This document shows positions 45,027 to 55,014 of a DNA stretch of 64,000 nt, piece after piece. The stretch comes from an uncultured Muribaculaceae bacterium (GTDB lineage Bacteria; Bacillota_I; Bacilli_A; RF39; UBA660): contig CAYOYB010000004.1 in assembly GCA_964408085.1 (NCBI GenBank), positions 1,057-65,056 on the forward strand, written 5' to 3'. Every line of letters begins with the position of its first letter. The stretch's first letter is position 1. The notes below the pieces were generated by a model. The model saw only the letters and a list, made by a program, of their open reading frames with translations, had not been told where the DNA came from and made no database searches. The translations under genes and the position numbers were made by a program.

Positions 45027-46280
45027 TTATCTTATATTTAACACACATACACATTCAACATGTTTGGTATTAGGAAACATATCAACTGGTGTAATTTCGA
45101 TAACATCATAACTTTCACTTAATAAATTTAAATCTCTAGCTAATGTTACAGGATCACAAGAAACGTAAATAACTTTACAAGGTTTTACACTTATAATTCC
45201 TTTTATAGTGTTTTCGTTAAGCCCGCTCCTAGGTGGGTCCACTATTATTACATCAACATTATTAGTAATATTTTCAAAAGATAGTTCACTAGAACCACAT
45301 ACAAACTCAATATTGTCAACTAAATTAGCCTTACTATTAATAATCGCATCTTTAACTGCGTATTCATTTATTTCATATCCAATAACTTTATGAACAAATT
45401 TGCTAATATAAATACCAATTGTTCCTGTTCCACAATATAAATCTAAAACAATTTCGTCTCCTTTAAAATTTCCATATTCAATAATTTTGTCATATAGTTT
45501 AACACACATTTTTGGATTAACTTGAAAAAAAGAATCAGGGGAAATTTTAAAAATATAATTTCCTAATTTTTCTTCTAAATAATTATCTCCATAAACTAAA
45601 TTATAAATATTATCTTGTTTTACATAAATAGAATCAACGTTATTTTCAAGTTTTTTAATATTACTCAAATTAATATTTTTTCCTATAAATATTACCATTA
45701 CTTTATTATTATAAAAACTACTTCTTATAATTATTTGTTCAATATTTTCTAAATTAATTTTATTTTTTATTTTTAACAAAACTTCATTAATTTTATTTGA
45801 AGCAATATAACATTTATCAACATTAACCAATTTATAACTATTTTTTGTAAACAAACCAATCTCTTTTTCAACTTGAAAAGTTACCTTATTTCGGTAATAA
45901 AAATTATTATCAGATATAAATAAAATTGGTTTTATTTTATTTATATCAATGCTAGCAAACTTAGTAATAATATCTTTAATTTTATTTTCCTTAAAAACTA
46001 ATTGATGCTCATAATTTATATGGTGCAAATCACATCCACCACATCTATCAAAAAATGGACAAATACTATTTATTCGCTTATTACTATATTCTAAAAATTT
46101 AACTACTTTAGCTACATTATATTTTTTCTTTGATTTAGATATACTAACCATAACTTTATCGCCAGGAATAACACTATCTACAAAAGTAACTTTACCATCA
46201 ATATAACCAATACCTCTAGCATCATGATCAAATCTTTCAATCATAACTTCATATAAATTTTCATCATTCATTTTAAACAC
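45027..46280 (-). CDS. RumA/RlmCD-type 23S rRNA (uracil-5)-methyltransferase
   Basis: N-terminal TRAM-like domain. Fe-S Cys cluster CPFFDRCGGCDLHH. SAM motif LDLYCGTGTIG. DPPRSGL, and a catalytic Cys near the C-terminus (YVSCDP). Confidence 0.85.
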   Translation of the reverse strand: MFKMNDENLYEVMIERFDHDARGIGYIDGKVTFVDSVIPGDKVMVSISKSKKKYNVAKVVKFLEYSNKRINSICPFFDRCGGCDLHHINYEHQLVFKENKIKDIITKFASIDINKIKPILFISDNNFYYRNKVTFQVEKEIGLFTKNSYKLVNVDKCYIASNKINEVLLKIKNKINLENIEQIIIRSSFYNNKVMVIFIGKNINLSNIKKLENNVDSIYVKQDNIYNLVYGDNYLEEKLGNYIFKISPDSFFQVNPKMCVKLYDKIIEYGNFKGDEIVLDLYCGTGTIGIYISKFVHKVIGYEINEYAVKDAIINSKANLVDNIEFVCGSSELSFENITNNVDVIIVDPPRSGLNENTIKGIISVKPCKVIYVSCDPVTLARDLNLLSESYDVIEITPVDMFPNTKHVECVCVLNIR

Positions 46281-46371
46281 CTAAAATTATTTTAACATTT
46301 TTATTAATATAACTCAAACATTGTTTTTTATCATAATATATGATAAAATTTATAACAAGGAAGTTGATAGT

Positions 46372-47046
46372 ATGGCTAAGAAAAAAAATAAATCATTTGT
46401 TGAAATTAAAAAAAATAATGATGATTTTAATCAAAACATCATTGATCCTTTAAAACAATATGAATATGTTGAACCCAAAAAAAAGGTACCTATTAAACAA
46501 ATATTATTAGTATTAGCCGTAATTGTAACAATTTGTTTGATACTAATATTTTTTAAAATTATTGACAACCATGATAACGAAATAAATAAATCAAATGACG
46601 CTAATAGCCAGCAAACTAATAAACCTAATACCAACTTAAATACATCAACAACAACCAAACCTAAACAAGATGATAATGACAAAATTACGGAAACACTTGT
46701 ATGTTCATCGTCAAACATAGAAGATAATTTACAAATTGATGTGAAAGTAATTGCGAATTTTCATGATAAAAAATTACGTTCTGATGAAAATTTAATGACA
46801 ATTAAGTTATTAGATCAAAACTCTAAAGATAAATTTGATAATTATGTTACTACCTTACAAATGTTTTCGTTGTATTTAATGGAAAATTCCAACTATGAAA
46901 TAACTGATTATAATGATGATAATGCATTTAGTATTTCAATAAAAACAACTTATACAAAAGATACGAAAATTGAAAGTAATTTAAATTATGATGAAGACTA
47001 TGAATCAGTAAAACAAAAGCTAATTGGACTTGGTCACAACTGTTAA
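46372..47046 (+). CDS. membrane-anchored hypothetical protein
   Basis: Start moved to MAKKKNKSF (AAGGAAG RBS). Single TM (ILLVLAVIVTICLILIFF), an Asn/Thr-rich linker and a globular C-terminus. Confidence 0.55.
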   Translation: MAKKKNKSFVEIKKNNDDFNQNIIDPLKQYEYVEPKKKVPIKQILLVLAVIVTICLILIFFKIIDNHDNEINKSNDANSQQTNKPNTNLNTSTTTKPKQDDNDKITETLVCSSSNIEDNLQIDVKVIANFHDKKLRSDENLMTIKLLDQNSKDKFDNYVTTLQMFSLYLMENSNYEITDYNDDNAFSISIKTTYTKDTKIESNLNYDEDYESVKQKLIGLGHNC

Positions 47047-47077
47047 AAAAAGAAAAATTAATAAAATTTTTCTTTTT

Positions 47078-47842
47078 TTATATTAAATTAACAACCACAA
47101 CGACTACGACTAATATAACAATACATAAAATTATAATCATCGTTTTCATCCAAAAATTATTCTTTTTTAATTTATTTTTTATCTCTTTTATATCATCAAA
47201 ATCTTCTTCCTTAAAACTCATACTTGATGTATAAAAAGAATGATCAATCTCATTTTTCTCTTCAATTATAGGCTTTACTTTAGGAACATCATTCATAACC
47301 CTATTAATTGAACTAATTCCACCAACAATAGTATTTTCATTATTAGATTTTAAATCACCTAATACATCCAATGACAAATCACGATCATTTAAATCTTTTA
47401 ATAATTTAGTACTAGCTATTGTATTTAATAATTCGTTTAAATTTTCATCTTGCTCTTGTTTACTAGCTTTATAAGATTCAATTTTTTTTAATAAATTTAT
47501 TTGTTCTTCTTTTAATTTATGATATTCATTTTTTTCAGTATTATCAGTTTTAGCTTTTTCTAAAATTTCTCTAATATCATAATTTCGATTATCGTCTTCA
47601 TCAATAACATTTAAGTTTAATTCTTCATTTCTTGTTGTTCTACGTTCAGGCTTTTTATCACGATTTAAAATTTCATTCAATTTAGCTGGGCTTATTTCAT
47701 TAGCGTTCGATATTTGTTCAACATCTGGTTGACTTAAACTGTTGTGTATATCATCATAAAGTCGCTGATTTTTACGGGTACGTCTGGCTACTTCAACATC
47801 TGTTTGATAATATCTTTCCATTCTACTTGGCATATATCCCAC
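47078..47842 (-). CDS. hypothetical protein with C-terminal TM anchor
   Basis: 254 aa, highly charged and coiled-coil-like, with a C-terminal helix MIIILCIVILVVVVVVV. Confidence 0.5.
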   Translation of the reverse strand: MGYMPSRMERYYQTDVEVARRTRKNQRLYDDIHNSLSQPDVEQISNANEISPAKLNEILNRDKKPERRTTRNEELNLNVIDEDDNRNYDIREILEKAKTDNTEKNEYHKLKEEQINLLKKIESYKASKQEQDENLNELLNTIASTKLLKDLNDRDLSLDVLGDLKSNNENTIVGGISSINRVMNDVPKVKPIIEEKNEIDHSFYTSSMSFKEEDFDDIKEIKNKLKKNNFWMKTMIIILCIVILVVVVVVVNLI

Positions 47843-47890
47843 CTCATTATAATAATGATATCATATTTTTTTAAATTTTAAAATATTTAC

Positions 47891-47919
47891 TTGCATTTTT
47901 AATACTATTTATCTATAAT
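47891..47919 (+). promoter_or_regulatory. promoter of the ferredoxin gene
   Basis: TTGCAT, 17 nt, TATAAT. AGGAGG RBS at 47927-47932. Confidence 0.65.
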
Positions 47920-47939
47920 CTTTATTAGGAGGAAAAAAG

Positions 47940-48146
47940 ATGAAAAAAGTTATTGTAAATAAAGACAAATGTATCGCTTGTGGTGCTTGTGTTGGGTTAG
48001 TTGATGAAGTGTTTGAATTTGGTGATGATGATTTAGCACAAGTAAAAAACGATATTAATTTTGAAAATATGGATAAAGATTTAGAAGACGCTGTTAAAGA
48101 CGCTATTGAAGGTTGTCCAACAGAAGCAATTGAAGAAGAAAAATAA
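47940..48146 (+). CDS. small ferredoxin
   Basis: 68 aa with CIACGACVG ... EGCPTEAI, a single-cluster ferredoxin pattern. Confidence 0.85.
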   Translation: MKKVIVNKDKCIACGACVGLVDEVFEFGDDDLAQVKNDINFENMDKDLEDAVKDAIEGCPTEAIEEEK

Positions 48147-48158
48147 TTAAAATTATCT

Positions 48159-48196
48159 AAAACCTAATTCACTATGTAGAATTAGGTTTTATTTGT
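48159..48196. terminator. bidirectional intrinsic terminator between ferredoxin and rluB
   Basis: AAAACCTAATTC-ACTATGTA-GAATTAGGTTTT (12-bp perfect stem) flanked by A-rich and T-rich runs. Confidence 0.75.
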
Positions 48197-48204
48197 TATA
48201 AAAT

Positions 48205-48930
48205 TTAATTTTTTGTCTCGGCATATAATTTTTTTACTTCTTTTAAATTTAAATAACGATATTCACCTGATTTTAAATTTTGAACATCTAAAAAAGCAAT
48301 TTTTTCGCGTTTTAATTTTAATACTTCATATCCTACTGCCTCAAACATTTTTTTAACTTGATGATTTTTACCTTCATGAATAATAATCTCAACTAAAGAA
48401 GTATTACTTTTTTTATCAAATTTTTTTAACCTTACCTTAGCTCTAGAAGTTTTAAAATTATCAATATATACACCATTAGCTAATTTATTTAAAATATCTT
48501 TAGGCACAAAACCAGCTACTTTAACTATATAAAGCTTTTCAATTTTATTTTTAGGATGCATTAATAAATTTGCTAACTCTCCATCATTTGTTAACAAAAG
48601 AGCACCTGTTGTATCATAATCAAGTCGACCAACTGGATATAAACGCTTATCTGTTTCAATCAAATCTAAAACAGTTTGCCTATCTTTATCATCACTTGTT
48701 GTCGTTACAACTCCACGTGGTTTATTAAGTAAAATATATTCTTTCTCTTCAAATTTTAAAGTCTTATCAAAAATTGTGATAGTATCATTTTTATCAACAC
48801 AAGTTCCTAAACGATTAATAATCTCACCATTTACTTTTACCTTACCACTACTAATAAGTTCTTCTGCCTTACGTCTAGAACAATATCCGCTATTAGCAAT
48901 AACTTTCTGTAATCTTTCCATCTTAGTCAC
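48205..48930 (-). CDS. rluB: RsuA/RluB-family pseudouridine synthase
   Basis: N-terminal S4 domain (RLQKVIANSGYCSRRKAEELI) and catalytic GRLDYDTTGALLLTNDGEL. Confidence 0.85.
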   Translation of the reverse strand: MTKMERLQKVIANSGYCSRRKAEELISSGKVKVNGEIINRLGTCVDKNDTITIFDKTLKFEEKEYILLNKPRGVVTTTSDDKDRQTVLDLIETDKRLYPVGRLDYDTTGALLLTNDGELANLLMHPKNKIEKLYIVKVAGFVPKDILNKLANGVYIDNFKTSRAKVRLKKFDKKSNTSLVEIIIHEGKNHQVKKMFEAVGYEVLKLKREKIAFLDVQNLKSGEYRYLNLKEVKKLYAETKN

Positions 48931-48975
48931 CTAGACTGATTATACTGAAAAAACAAAAAAAAAGCAAATGCTTTT

Positions 48976-49425
48976 CTATTTACAAGTATAACCAACATTT
49001 TCTAACATTTTTTTTGCTTCTTTTAATTTATTTATTTCCTTTTTAGTAACATACATCATACTTTCAAATAATTCATCGCCTATCTTCTCAACTTTTATTT
49101 TTACATTAACAGTGATAGTTGACTTCTTTAACTTTGCCTTACATTCAACAAGCTTACTGCTAGCTGATTCATAAAAATCACAATACTCAGTAACATCTTC
49201 GTATTCTTTTTGAATTTCTTCTTCTGTATAATATTCATTATAGGTAGATTCCATCTTTATATTAATTTGTTTTAAATTTTCGCCATTTTCATCATAAACT
49301 AATTTATAGCTTTCATTATATGTATAACCAGGATTTTTAGCTTTCTTTTCGCATGTTAATTTACTTTTACTACAGCCTGTAAATACTATTAATATCATGA
49401 GTAATGCCAAAACTTTGTATTTCAT
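48976..49425 (-). CDS. small lipoprotein
   Basis: 149 aa with lipobox LIVFTGC. Confidence 0.6.
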   Translation of the reverse strand: MKYKVLALLMILIVFTGCSKSKLTCEKKAKNPGYTYNESYKLVYDENGENLKQINIKMESTYNEYYTEEEIQKEYEDVTEYCDFYESASSKLVECKAKLKKSTITVNVKIKVEKIGDELFESMMYVTKKEINKLKEAKKMLENVGYTCK

Positions 49426-49471
49426 TTTATCACCAAAATAATATTACACCCTTAATTATGATTAGTCAAAT

Positions 49472-49993
49472 TTATAAAATTAGGTTAACAATAATTATAC
49501 TAATTATTATACAAACAATATCAGCTAATATTCCCGCTTTTAAAGCATATTTTATTTTTTTTACACCAATTGTTCCAAAATAAATTGTTAAAATATAAAA
49601 AGTTGTATCTGTTGAACCTTGTAAAATTGAACCTAACACTCCTAAAAAAGAATCAGGGCCATCATTTTCAAAAATATTTGTTAAAATTGCTAAAGCCGAA
49701 GAACCAGAAATAGGTCGCATAATCATCATTGGTAAAATTTGATATGGAACTTTAAAAAAGGTAAAAAAGTTTGATAATTTATCAAAAAAAGCATCAATAA
49801 ATCCACTTTTCAAAAAAATATTAACACCTAAAATCATCGCTAACATTGACGGAAATAAATTAAGGGCAAGTTCAATACTCTCTTTAGCGCCATCAACAAA
49901 AACATCATATATATTAACTTTCTTTTTAATACCATAAATAATAATTCCTAAAATAATAATAGGAATAATCGCATTTGAAATAAATTGAATCAT
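49472..49993 (-). CDS. spmB: spore maturation protein B (nucleoside-recognition-domain membrane protein)
   Basis: 173-aa polytopic protein, last gene of a dacB-spmA-spmB arrangement. Confidence 0.7.
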   Translation of the reverse strand: MIQFISNAIIPIIILGIIIYGIKKKVNIYDVFVDGAKESIELALNLFPSMLAMILGVNIFLKSGFIDAFFDKLSNFFTFFKVPYQILPMMIMRPISGSSALAILTNIFENDGPDSFLGVLGSILQGSTDTTFYILTIYFGTIGVKKIKYALKAGILADIVCIIISIIIVNLIL

Positions 49994-50571
49994 TTTTTAT
50001 CCCTAATAGCTAAAAAGCGATCAATAATAAGTCCTATAAATAAAGAAACAAAAGTTACGATTATACATGGCAACAAAATAAAAGTTGGGTTACTACTTCC
50101 ATACATCATTCTTAAAGTTATAACAGTTGTTGGAATAATAGTTAAACCACAAGTATTAATAACTAAAAATGTAATCATACTTCTCGTTGCTTCATCTTTT
50201 TTAGGATTTAATTCTTGCAAAGATTTCATTGCTTTCAAACCAAATGGTGTAGCCGCATTTCCAAGGCCAAACATATTCGCAACAATATTAGATGAAATAT
50301 AACTAATTGACTCATGATTTTTTGGAATATCTGGAAATATTTTTGTTAAAATAGGTGAAATTAATTTAGAAAATTTTTCTAGTAAACCAGATTTTGAAGC
50401 AATATTCATGATACCAAGCCATAGAGCCATCACTGGTAAGATTTTTAAAATCATATCTAATGATGTCTTAGTACTATTTAAAATTTCTTCATTTATGATA
50501 TCAACTTTACCAGTTACAACTGAAAAACAAATCCCAATAATTATCAAAAAACCCCAAATTTTATTTACCAT
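49990..50571 (-). CDS. spmA: spore maturation protein A
   Basis: Start moved to MVNKIWGFL (GGTGGA RBS), overlapping the dacB stop. Polytopic, paired with spmB. Confidence 0.7.
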   Translation of the reverse strand: MVNKIWGFLIIIGICFSVVTGKVDIINEEILNSTKTSLDMILKILPVMALWLGIMNIASKSGLLEKFSKLISPILTKIFPDIPKNHESISYISSNIVANMFGLGNAATPFGLKAMKSLQELNPKKDEATRSMITFLVINTCGLTIIPTTVITLRMMYGSSNPTFILLPCIIVTFVSLFIGLIIDRFLAIRDKK

Positions 50572-51653
50572 AAATTCTTCCACCACTTTGCTAATTTTTG
50601 ATACCATTTAAGTTTTTCTTGCTTTTTTTCTTGAACATAAACTTGTGTTGTAAAAATTTGCTTTTCATTCTGCATGACAGAAACATTCCCAACTATATCT
50701 CCATCTTTAACATTTTCATTTCTATTTAGCTTAATTTTTAAATATAAATTACTTTTTTCTGATTTCATCAAAGGATAAGAAAAACCTTCTTTAATATAGA
50801 GCGTAGAATTTATATAATAATTTTCATCATAAATATTAATATCACCAGCCTCTAAAATTTTGTAAGAAAAATAATTATTAAAGGCTTCTTCATATAAATC
50901 TTTATGGTCTGCAAAGTCATTCCCATCATTTAATGTTACAACAACCAAATTTAAATTATCGCGGCTTGCTGTTGTAACCAAAGTTCTTCTTGCTTTATCA
51001 GTAAAGCCAGTTTTTCCACCTGTCGTATATTTATAACTATTTAGTAACCTATTTTTATTATACCAAGCATAAGAATTCATATTAGTAGTTAAAGTATATT
51101 TTTTAGTTCCTACAATCTTCCTATAAGTTTCGTTTTTCATCGCATAACTCGTTAAGATTGCCATATCATAAGCACTTGAATAATTTCCTTTATCTTGATC
51201 TAAACCACTTGGATTATTAAATGTTGATTCATTCATACCAATTTCTTTTGCTTTATCATTCATCATTTTAACAAAACTATCAACATCACCACCAACAAAA
51301 TTAGCAATAGCTAAAGCAGCATCATTTCCACTTCTTAACATAAGACCATATAATAAATCCAAAAGTTTAAGTTGTTCTCCTTGTCTTATATAAATGCCTG
51401 AACCATAAGCTGGTAAGATCTCGTCACCAATTGTCACAACTTCATCCAATTTCCCACTCTCAATCGCAACAATACAAGTCATAATTTTAGAAATTGAAGC
51501 TACTGTTCGAACATTATGAATATCTTTACTATATAAAATTCTACCACTATCCATATCCATTAATATTGCCGATGTAGCACTAGTATCAAAAGCTTTAACA
51601 CTATAAGGAATAATCGCCAAAAAGATTAAAACAAAACAACATAGCCTCTTCAT
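50565..51653 (-). CDS. dacB: D-alanyl-D-alanine carboxypeptidase (PBP5*-like)
   Basis: Start moved to MKRLCCFV (AGGTGG RBS). Signal peptide. SxxK (ASISK), SGN (LRSGND) and KTG (GGKTGFT). Upstream of spmAB as in Bacillus. Confidence 0.85.
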   Translation of the reverse strand: MKRLCCFVLIFLAIIPYSVKAFDTSATSAILMDMDSGRILYSKDIHNVRTVASISKIMTCIVAIESGKLDEVVTIGDEILPAYGSGIYIRQGEQLKLLDLLYGLMLRSGNDAALAIANFVGGDVDSFVKMMNDKAKEIGMNESTFNNPSGLDQDKGNYSSAYDMAILTSYAMKNETYRKIVGTKKYTLTTNMNSYAWYNKNRLLNSYKYTTGGKTGFTDKARRTLVTTASRDNLNLVVVTLNDGNDFADHKDLYEEAFNNYFSYKILEAGDINIYDENYYINSTLYIKEGFSYPLMKSEKSNLYLKIKLNRNENVKDGDIVGNVSVMQNEKQIFTTQVYVQEKKQEKLKWYQKLAKWWKNLW

Positions 51654-51795
51654 ATAACCACCTATAAAAAGATATGAAAAAAAGGACAAAATATGCACTA
51701 TATTGATTATTGATGTCAAATCACGTAAAATTAAATACTTTAGGGAAAAAATTCAATAAAAAATGATACAATAATATAAGAAAAGGAAAATATTT

Positions 51796-52818
51796 ATGAA
51801 AAAGAAAAAAATTATATCATCCATAATATTAGTAATTTTATTCTTAGGAATCATTTATAAACCTAGTATAATTAAGGCTGACTCTGGTTTTGACTCTAGT
51901 TGGGATAGTGGCTCATCAGGATGGAGTAGCTCATCAGATTGGGGGAGTTCTTCAGATTGGGGCAGCTCATCAAGTTGGAGTAGCAGTTCGCATAGTAGCA
52001 GTGGTAGCTATATCTACGGTGGATTTTATTTTGATGTCATCTCTATTACTACTGTTGTTATGTTAACATTTGTTGTATTTACTTTCTATCTAACTTTAGC
52101 AAAAATAGTAAGAAACGATATTATACCAAAAATAATTATTTTTACACCATATTTTACATTTGTTACTTACATATTTGGTTTTATTAATCTTATTGCAGCA
52201 ATAATTACATTAAAGATACTTCTAAATAAAAATAAACAAAATAATAATTCCAACCAATCATCTAATTTACCAAACAAGTTATCTATAGAAGAAATTAACA
52301 AATATCTACCAAATTTCAATGTTGAAGAATTTAATACTACTGTCTTTAAAATATATAAAGATATTCAAGAAGCTTGGATGAATTTTGATTTAGAGACAAT
52401 CAGAAATTTAGTTAGTGATGAAATTTATAATATGTATTCAATGCAACTTAGTACTTTACAAGTTAAAGGTCAAAAAAATATGATGGAAAATATTAAATAT
52501 ATTGATAATTATATCTCTAATATTTCAATAGATAACAATATTACGACGATTCAAACTGTTTTAAAAGTAACTTGTAATGATTACGTTATTGATAATGATA
52601 ATAAAGTAGTAAGAGGTAATAAATATCGAACACTAACCTATACATATGTATTAACATTTACAAAATATACAGAGCCTAAAAATATTACTAATTGTCCAAA
52701 CTGTGGAGCAGAAATTAGTATTAATTCTAATGGTAAATGTAAATACTGTAATGCTACTATCATAAACGAAGAAGAAAAATGGATTATGACTAAAAAACAG
52801 ATGTTAGTTCAAAAATAA
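51796..52818 (+). CDS. Tim44-like domain membrane protein with Ser/Trp-rich repeat and C-terminal zinc ribbon (paralog 1)
   Basis: Signal/TM, then SGFDSSWDSGSSGWSSSSDWGSSSDWGSSSSWSSSS, then TM helices. The Tim44-like region is FKIYKDIQEAWMNFDLETIRNLVSDEIY.... Ends with CPNCGA...CKYCNA. Confidence 0.6.
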   Translation: MKKKKIISSIILVILFLGIIYKPSIIKADSGFDSSWDSGSSGWSSSSDWGSSSDWGSSSSWSSSSHSSSGSYIYGGFYFDVISITTVVMLTFVVFTFYLTLAKIVRNDIIPKIIIFTPYFTFVTYIFGFINLIAAIITLKILLNKNKQNNNSNQSSNLPNKLSIEEINKYLPNFNVEEFNTTVFKIYKDIQEAWMNFDLETIRNLVSDEIYNMYSMQLSTLQVKGQKNMMENIKYIDNYISNISIDNNITTIQTVLKVTCNDYVIDNDNKVVRGNKYRTLTYTYVLTFTKYTEPKNITNCPNCGAEISINSNGKCKYCNATIINEEEKWIMTKKQMLVQK

Positions 52819-52834
52819 AAAATGAGGTGTATTA

Positions 52835-53428
52835 ATGAAATTAAGTATTAACGATATTCTAAACATTGTTCAAAATTTTATAAGTGATAACAAAATAATA
52901 ATCATTGTTATGTTTGCCATAATAATTTTGTCTACTTTACTTGTAAATATTAAAGGTAAGAAAAAAGAAACAAAAAAGAAATTAGATATTAATCATAACG
53001 ACCCAGCACTAACAAATAAAGATATTCCTAATAAGGAAGAAATTCAATTACAAGCCTTTAATCTACTTAAAGACTTAAAAACTGCTAAAATGAATCTTGA
53101 TGTAGATAAAATTAGGGCAATTACAACTGATAATATATTTGAGCTATATAACACTCAAATTGAAACTTTAAAAACAAAACAACAAAAAAATATAAGTGAA
53201 CAAATTGAATATATTAAATCATATATTACCAATACTACTAACAATAATGAAGTTATAAACTTAAGAGTTGTAATAAAATGTTTTGACTATATTGTCGATA
53301 AAAAAAATATTGTTATTAAAGGTAAATATAATAGAAAAACCTTGCAAACTTATGAAATTGAAATTATAAATAATAATTCTAATTACATTATTCAAAAACT
53401 AGAATTATTATATGAAAGAGAGATATAA
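52835..53428 (+). CDS. Tim44-like domain protein (paralog 2, no zinc ribbon)
   Basis: 197 aa with an N-terminal TM and AFNLLKDLKTAKMNLDVDKIRAITTDNIF..., the same domain pattern. Confidence 0.5.
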   Translation: MKLSINDILNIVQNFISDNKIIIIVMFAIIILSTLLVNIKGKKKETKKKLDINHNDPALTNKDIPNKEEIQLQAFNLLKDLKTAKMNLDVDKIRAITTDNIFELYNTQIETLKTKQQKNISEQIEYIKSYITNTTNNNEVINLRVVIKCFDYIVDKKNIVIKGKYNRKTLQTYEIEIINNNSNYIIQKLELLYEREI

Positions 53429-53429
53429 T

Positions 53430-53969
53430 ATGTTAAATGAATTAATTAAATTAGATAATACTTTTTCAGAAAGCAAATTTAAAACTAAAGTTGATAATAT
53501 ATTTGTTATGCTACATATATCACTTATGACAAATAATTTAGATAGAGTTAGACATTTTATAAATGATAAAGTTTATGATGACTTTAATGAAAGGTTAAAT
53601 AAACTAAATATAAATAATCAAACACAAATGTTTGATGAATTAAATGTTAAATCAACAGAAATTCAAAATGTTGAAATAACAAATGATAACTTTATCATAA
53701 CAGTAAAATTAATATCAAGATATATGGATTATATTATTGATACTAATTCAAAAAAATTAATAAGTGGAAATAATAGTCATCGTATAGAAAAAGCTAATAT
53801 CCTAACATTCACAAAAATTAGAGATTTTAAAATTCAAGGTAGTGTTAGAAAATGTCCATCTTGTGGCGCTAATATGAATGTAAATAGTACTGGTAAATGT
53901 GAATACTGTGGAACTATTTATAACAATAAAGATTACGATTGGATTTTAACAAATATTGAAACAAATTAA
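53430..53969 (+). CDS. Tim44-like domain protein with zinc ribbon (paralog 3, no TM)
   Basis: Start set at MLNELIKL. Contains FKTKVDNIFVMLHISLMTNNLDRVRHFINDKVY... and CPSCGA...CEYCG. Confidence 0.5.
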   Translation: MLNELIKLDNTFSESKFKTKVDNIFVMLHISLMTNNLDRVRHFINDKVYDDFNERLNKLNINNQTQMFDELNVKSTEIQNVEITNDNFIITVKLISRYMDYIIDTNSKKLISGNNSHRIEKANILTFTKIRDFKIQGSVRKCPSCGANMNVNSTGKCEYCGTIYNNKDYDWILTNIETN

Positions 53970-53992
53970 AAAATCACTTACGTGATTTTTTT
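53969..53992. terminator. short bidirectional terminator hairpin
   Basis: AAAAATCAC-TTAC-GTGATTTTT, followed by TTT. Confidence 0.55.
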
Positions 53993-54009
53993 ACTTAAGA
54001 TTAAAATGC

Positions 54010-54903
54010 TTACTTTTTAGTATAAACTTTTATCTCTTGACGTGTTTTTTCCACTAATCCATCTCTAACATCATAATCAAATTTATACGATTTAGCATCT
54101 AAAGTTCGATAAACGATTTCATTTTTAATATCAGATAATGAATCATCCCAATAATAATTTAATAAAATAGAACCATTTTCTGTTAAATTTTTATTAGATA
54201 ACTGCTTAACAAAAGAAATATAAGCTTGTTTATCAAGAATATAGTACAATATATTAGATAAATTAACAAAACTATATTTTTTATCAAAAACATCTACTGT
54301 TTTGAAAATACCCACATTTTTAAAATTAATTTGGGCAGTAGCTAATTTAGATTTTAAAATATAATAATTCTTTTCATTAAGATATGGTATTTTACCCATA
54401 AGTAATTCAGGATAACTATAATTTGAAATAAAAATGTGCATTAAATTTTCTTTATCTAAAAATATCTGATTCCAAAATGATCTAACACTATCATCTGATA
54501 TATTCTTTTCAATAACATTACAATAATCAATTCTTTCTTCCTTAAAATTTGCTAATGTATAAAATTTAATAAAATCTTTAAAATCCAAACTTTTAATTGC
54601 GCTTATTTTTAATAATAAATGATAATAGCATAACTTATTAGAATCAAATATATCGACACTTTTGGCTCCATATAAAATTGCGCTTAACACCTGATCACCA
54701 GAGCCACAAACTGTTAGGATATCATTATCCCTAATATTAAAAAGTGGATAATACCAATTAAGATCTTCATTACTGAAGGCATAACATTGTGAAATACGAC
54801 CATACGCATCAGATTTTTTTAGCCATGCATATCGATCGTTACAATTATCCATTTTTATCATTTTTAAAGTATCTTCTAAATCAACCAATATCTCACTAGT
54901 CAT
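54010..54903 (-). CDS. hypothetical protein, possibly DUF3419/BtaA-like SAM-binding fold
   Basis: 297 aa. CGSGDQVLSAILYGAKSVDIFDSN resembles a Rossmann SAM-binding motif. Weak call. Confidence 0.35.
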   Translation of the reverse strand: MTSEILVDLEDTLKMIKMDNCNDRYAWLKKSDAYGRISQCYAFSNEDLNWYYPLFNIRDNDILTVCGSGDQVLSAILYGAKSVDIFDSNKLCYYHLLLKISAIKSLDFKDFIKFYTLANFKEERIDYCNVIEKNISDDSVRSFWNQIFLDKENLMHIFISNYSYPELLMGKIPYLNEKNYYILKSKLATAQINFKNVGIFKTVDVFDKKYSFVNLSNILYYILDKQAYISFVKQLSNKNLTENGSILLNYYWDDSLSDIKNEIVYRTLDAKSYKFDYDVRDGLVEKTRQEIKVYTKK

Positions 54904-55014
54904 AATTTTCCCTCTTTTTTCAAAATATTATAACATTATTTTTTTAAATTGCAACAAAAAAAATAGAATATTAAATTCTATTTCTAATTGTTATTTTAAT
55001 TAATTTAATCAATA

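Noticed and set aside
49985-50611. 105-aa and 67-aa + strand ORFs
   Set aside because: They are antisense to spmA. Their hydrophobic mirror sequences have no RBS.
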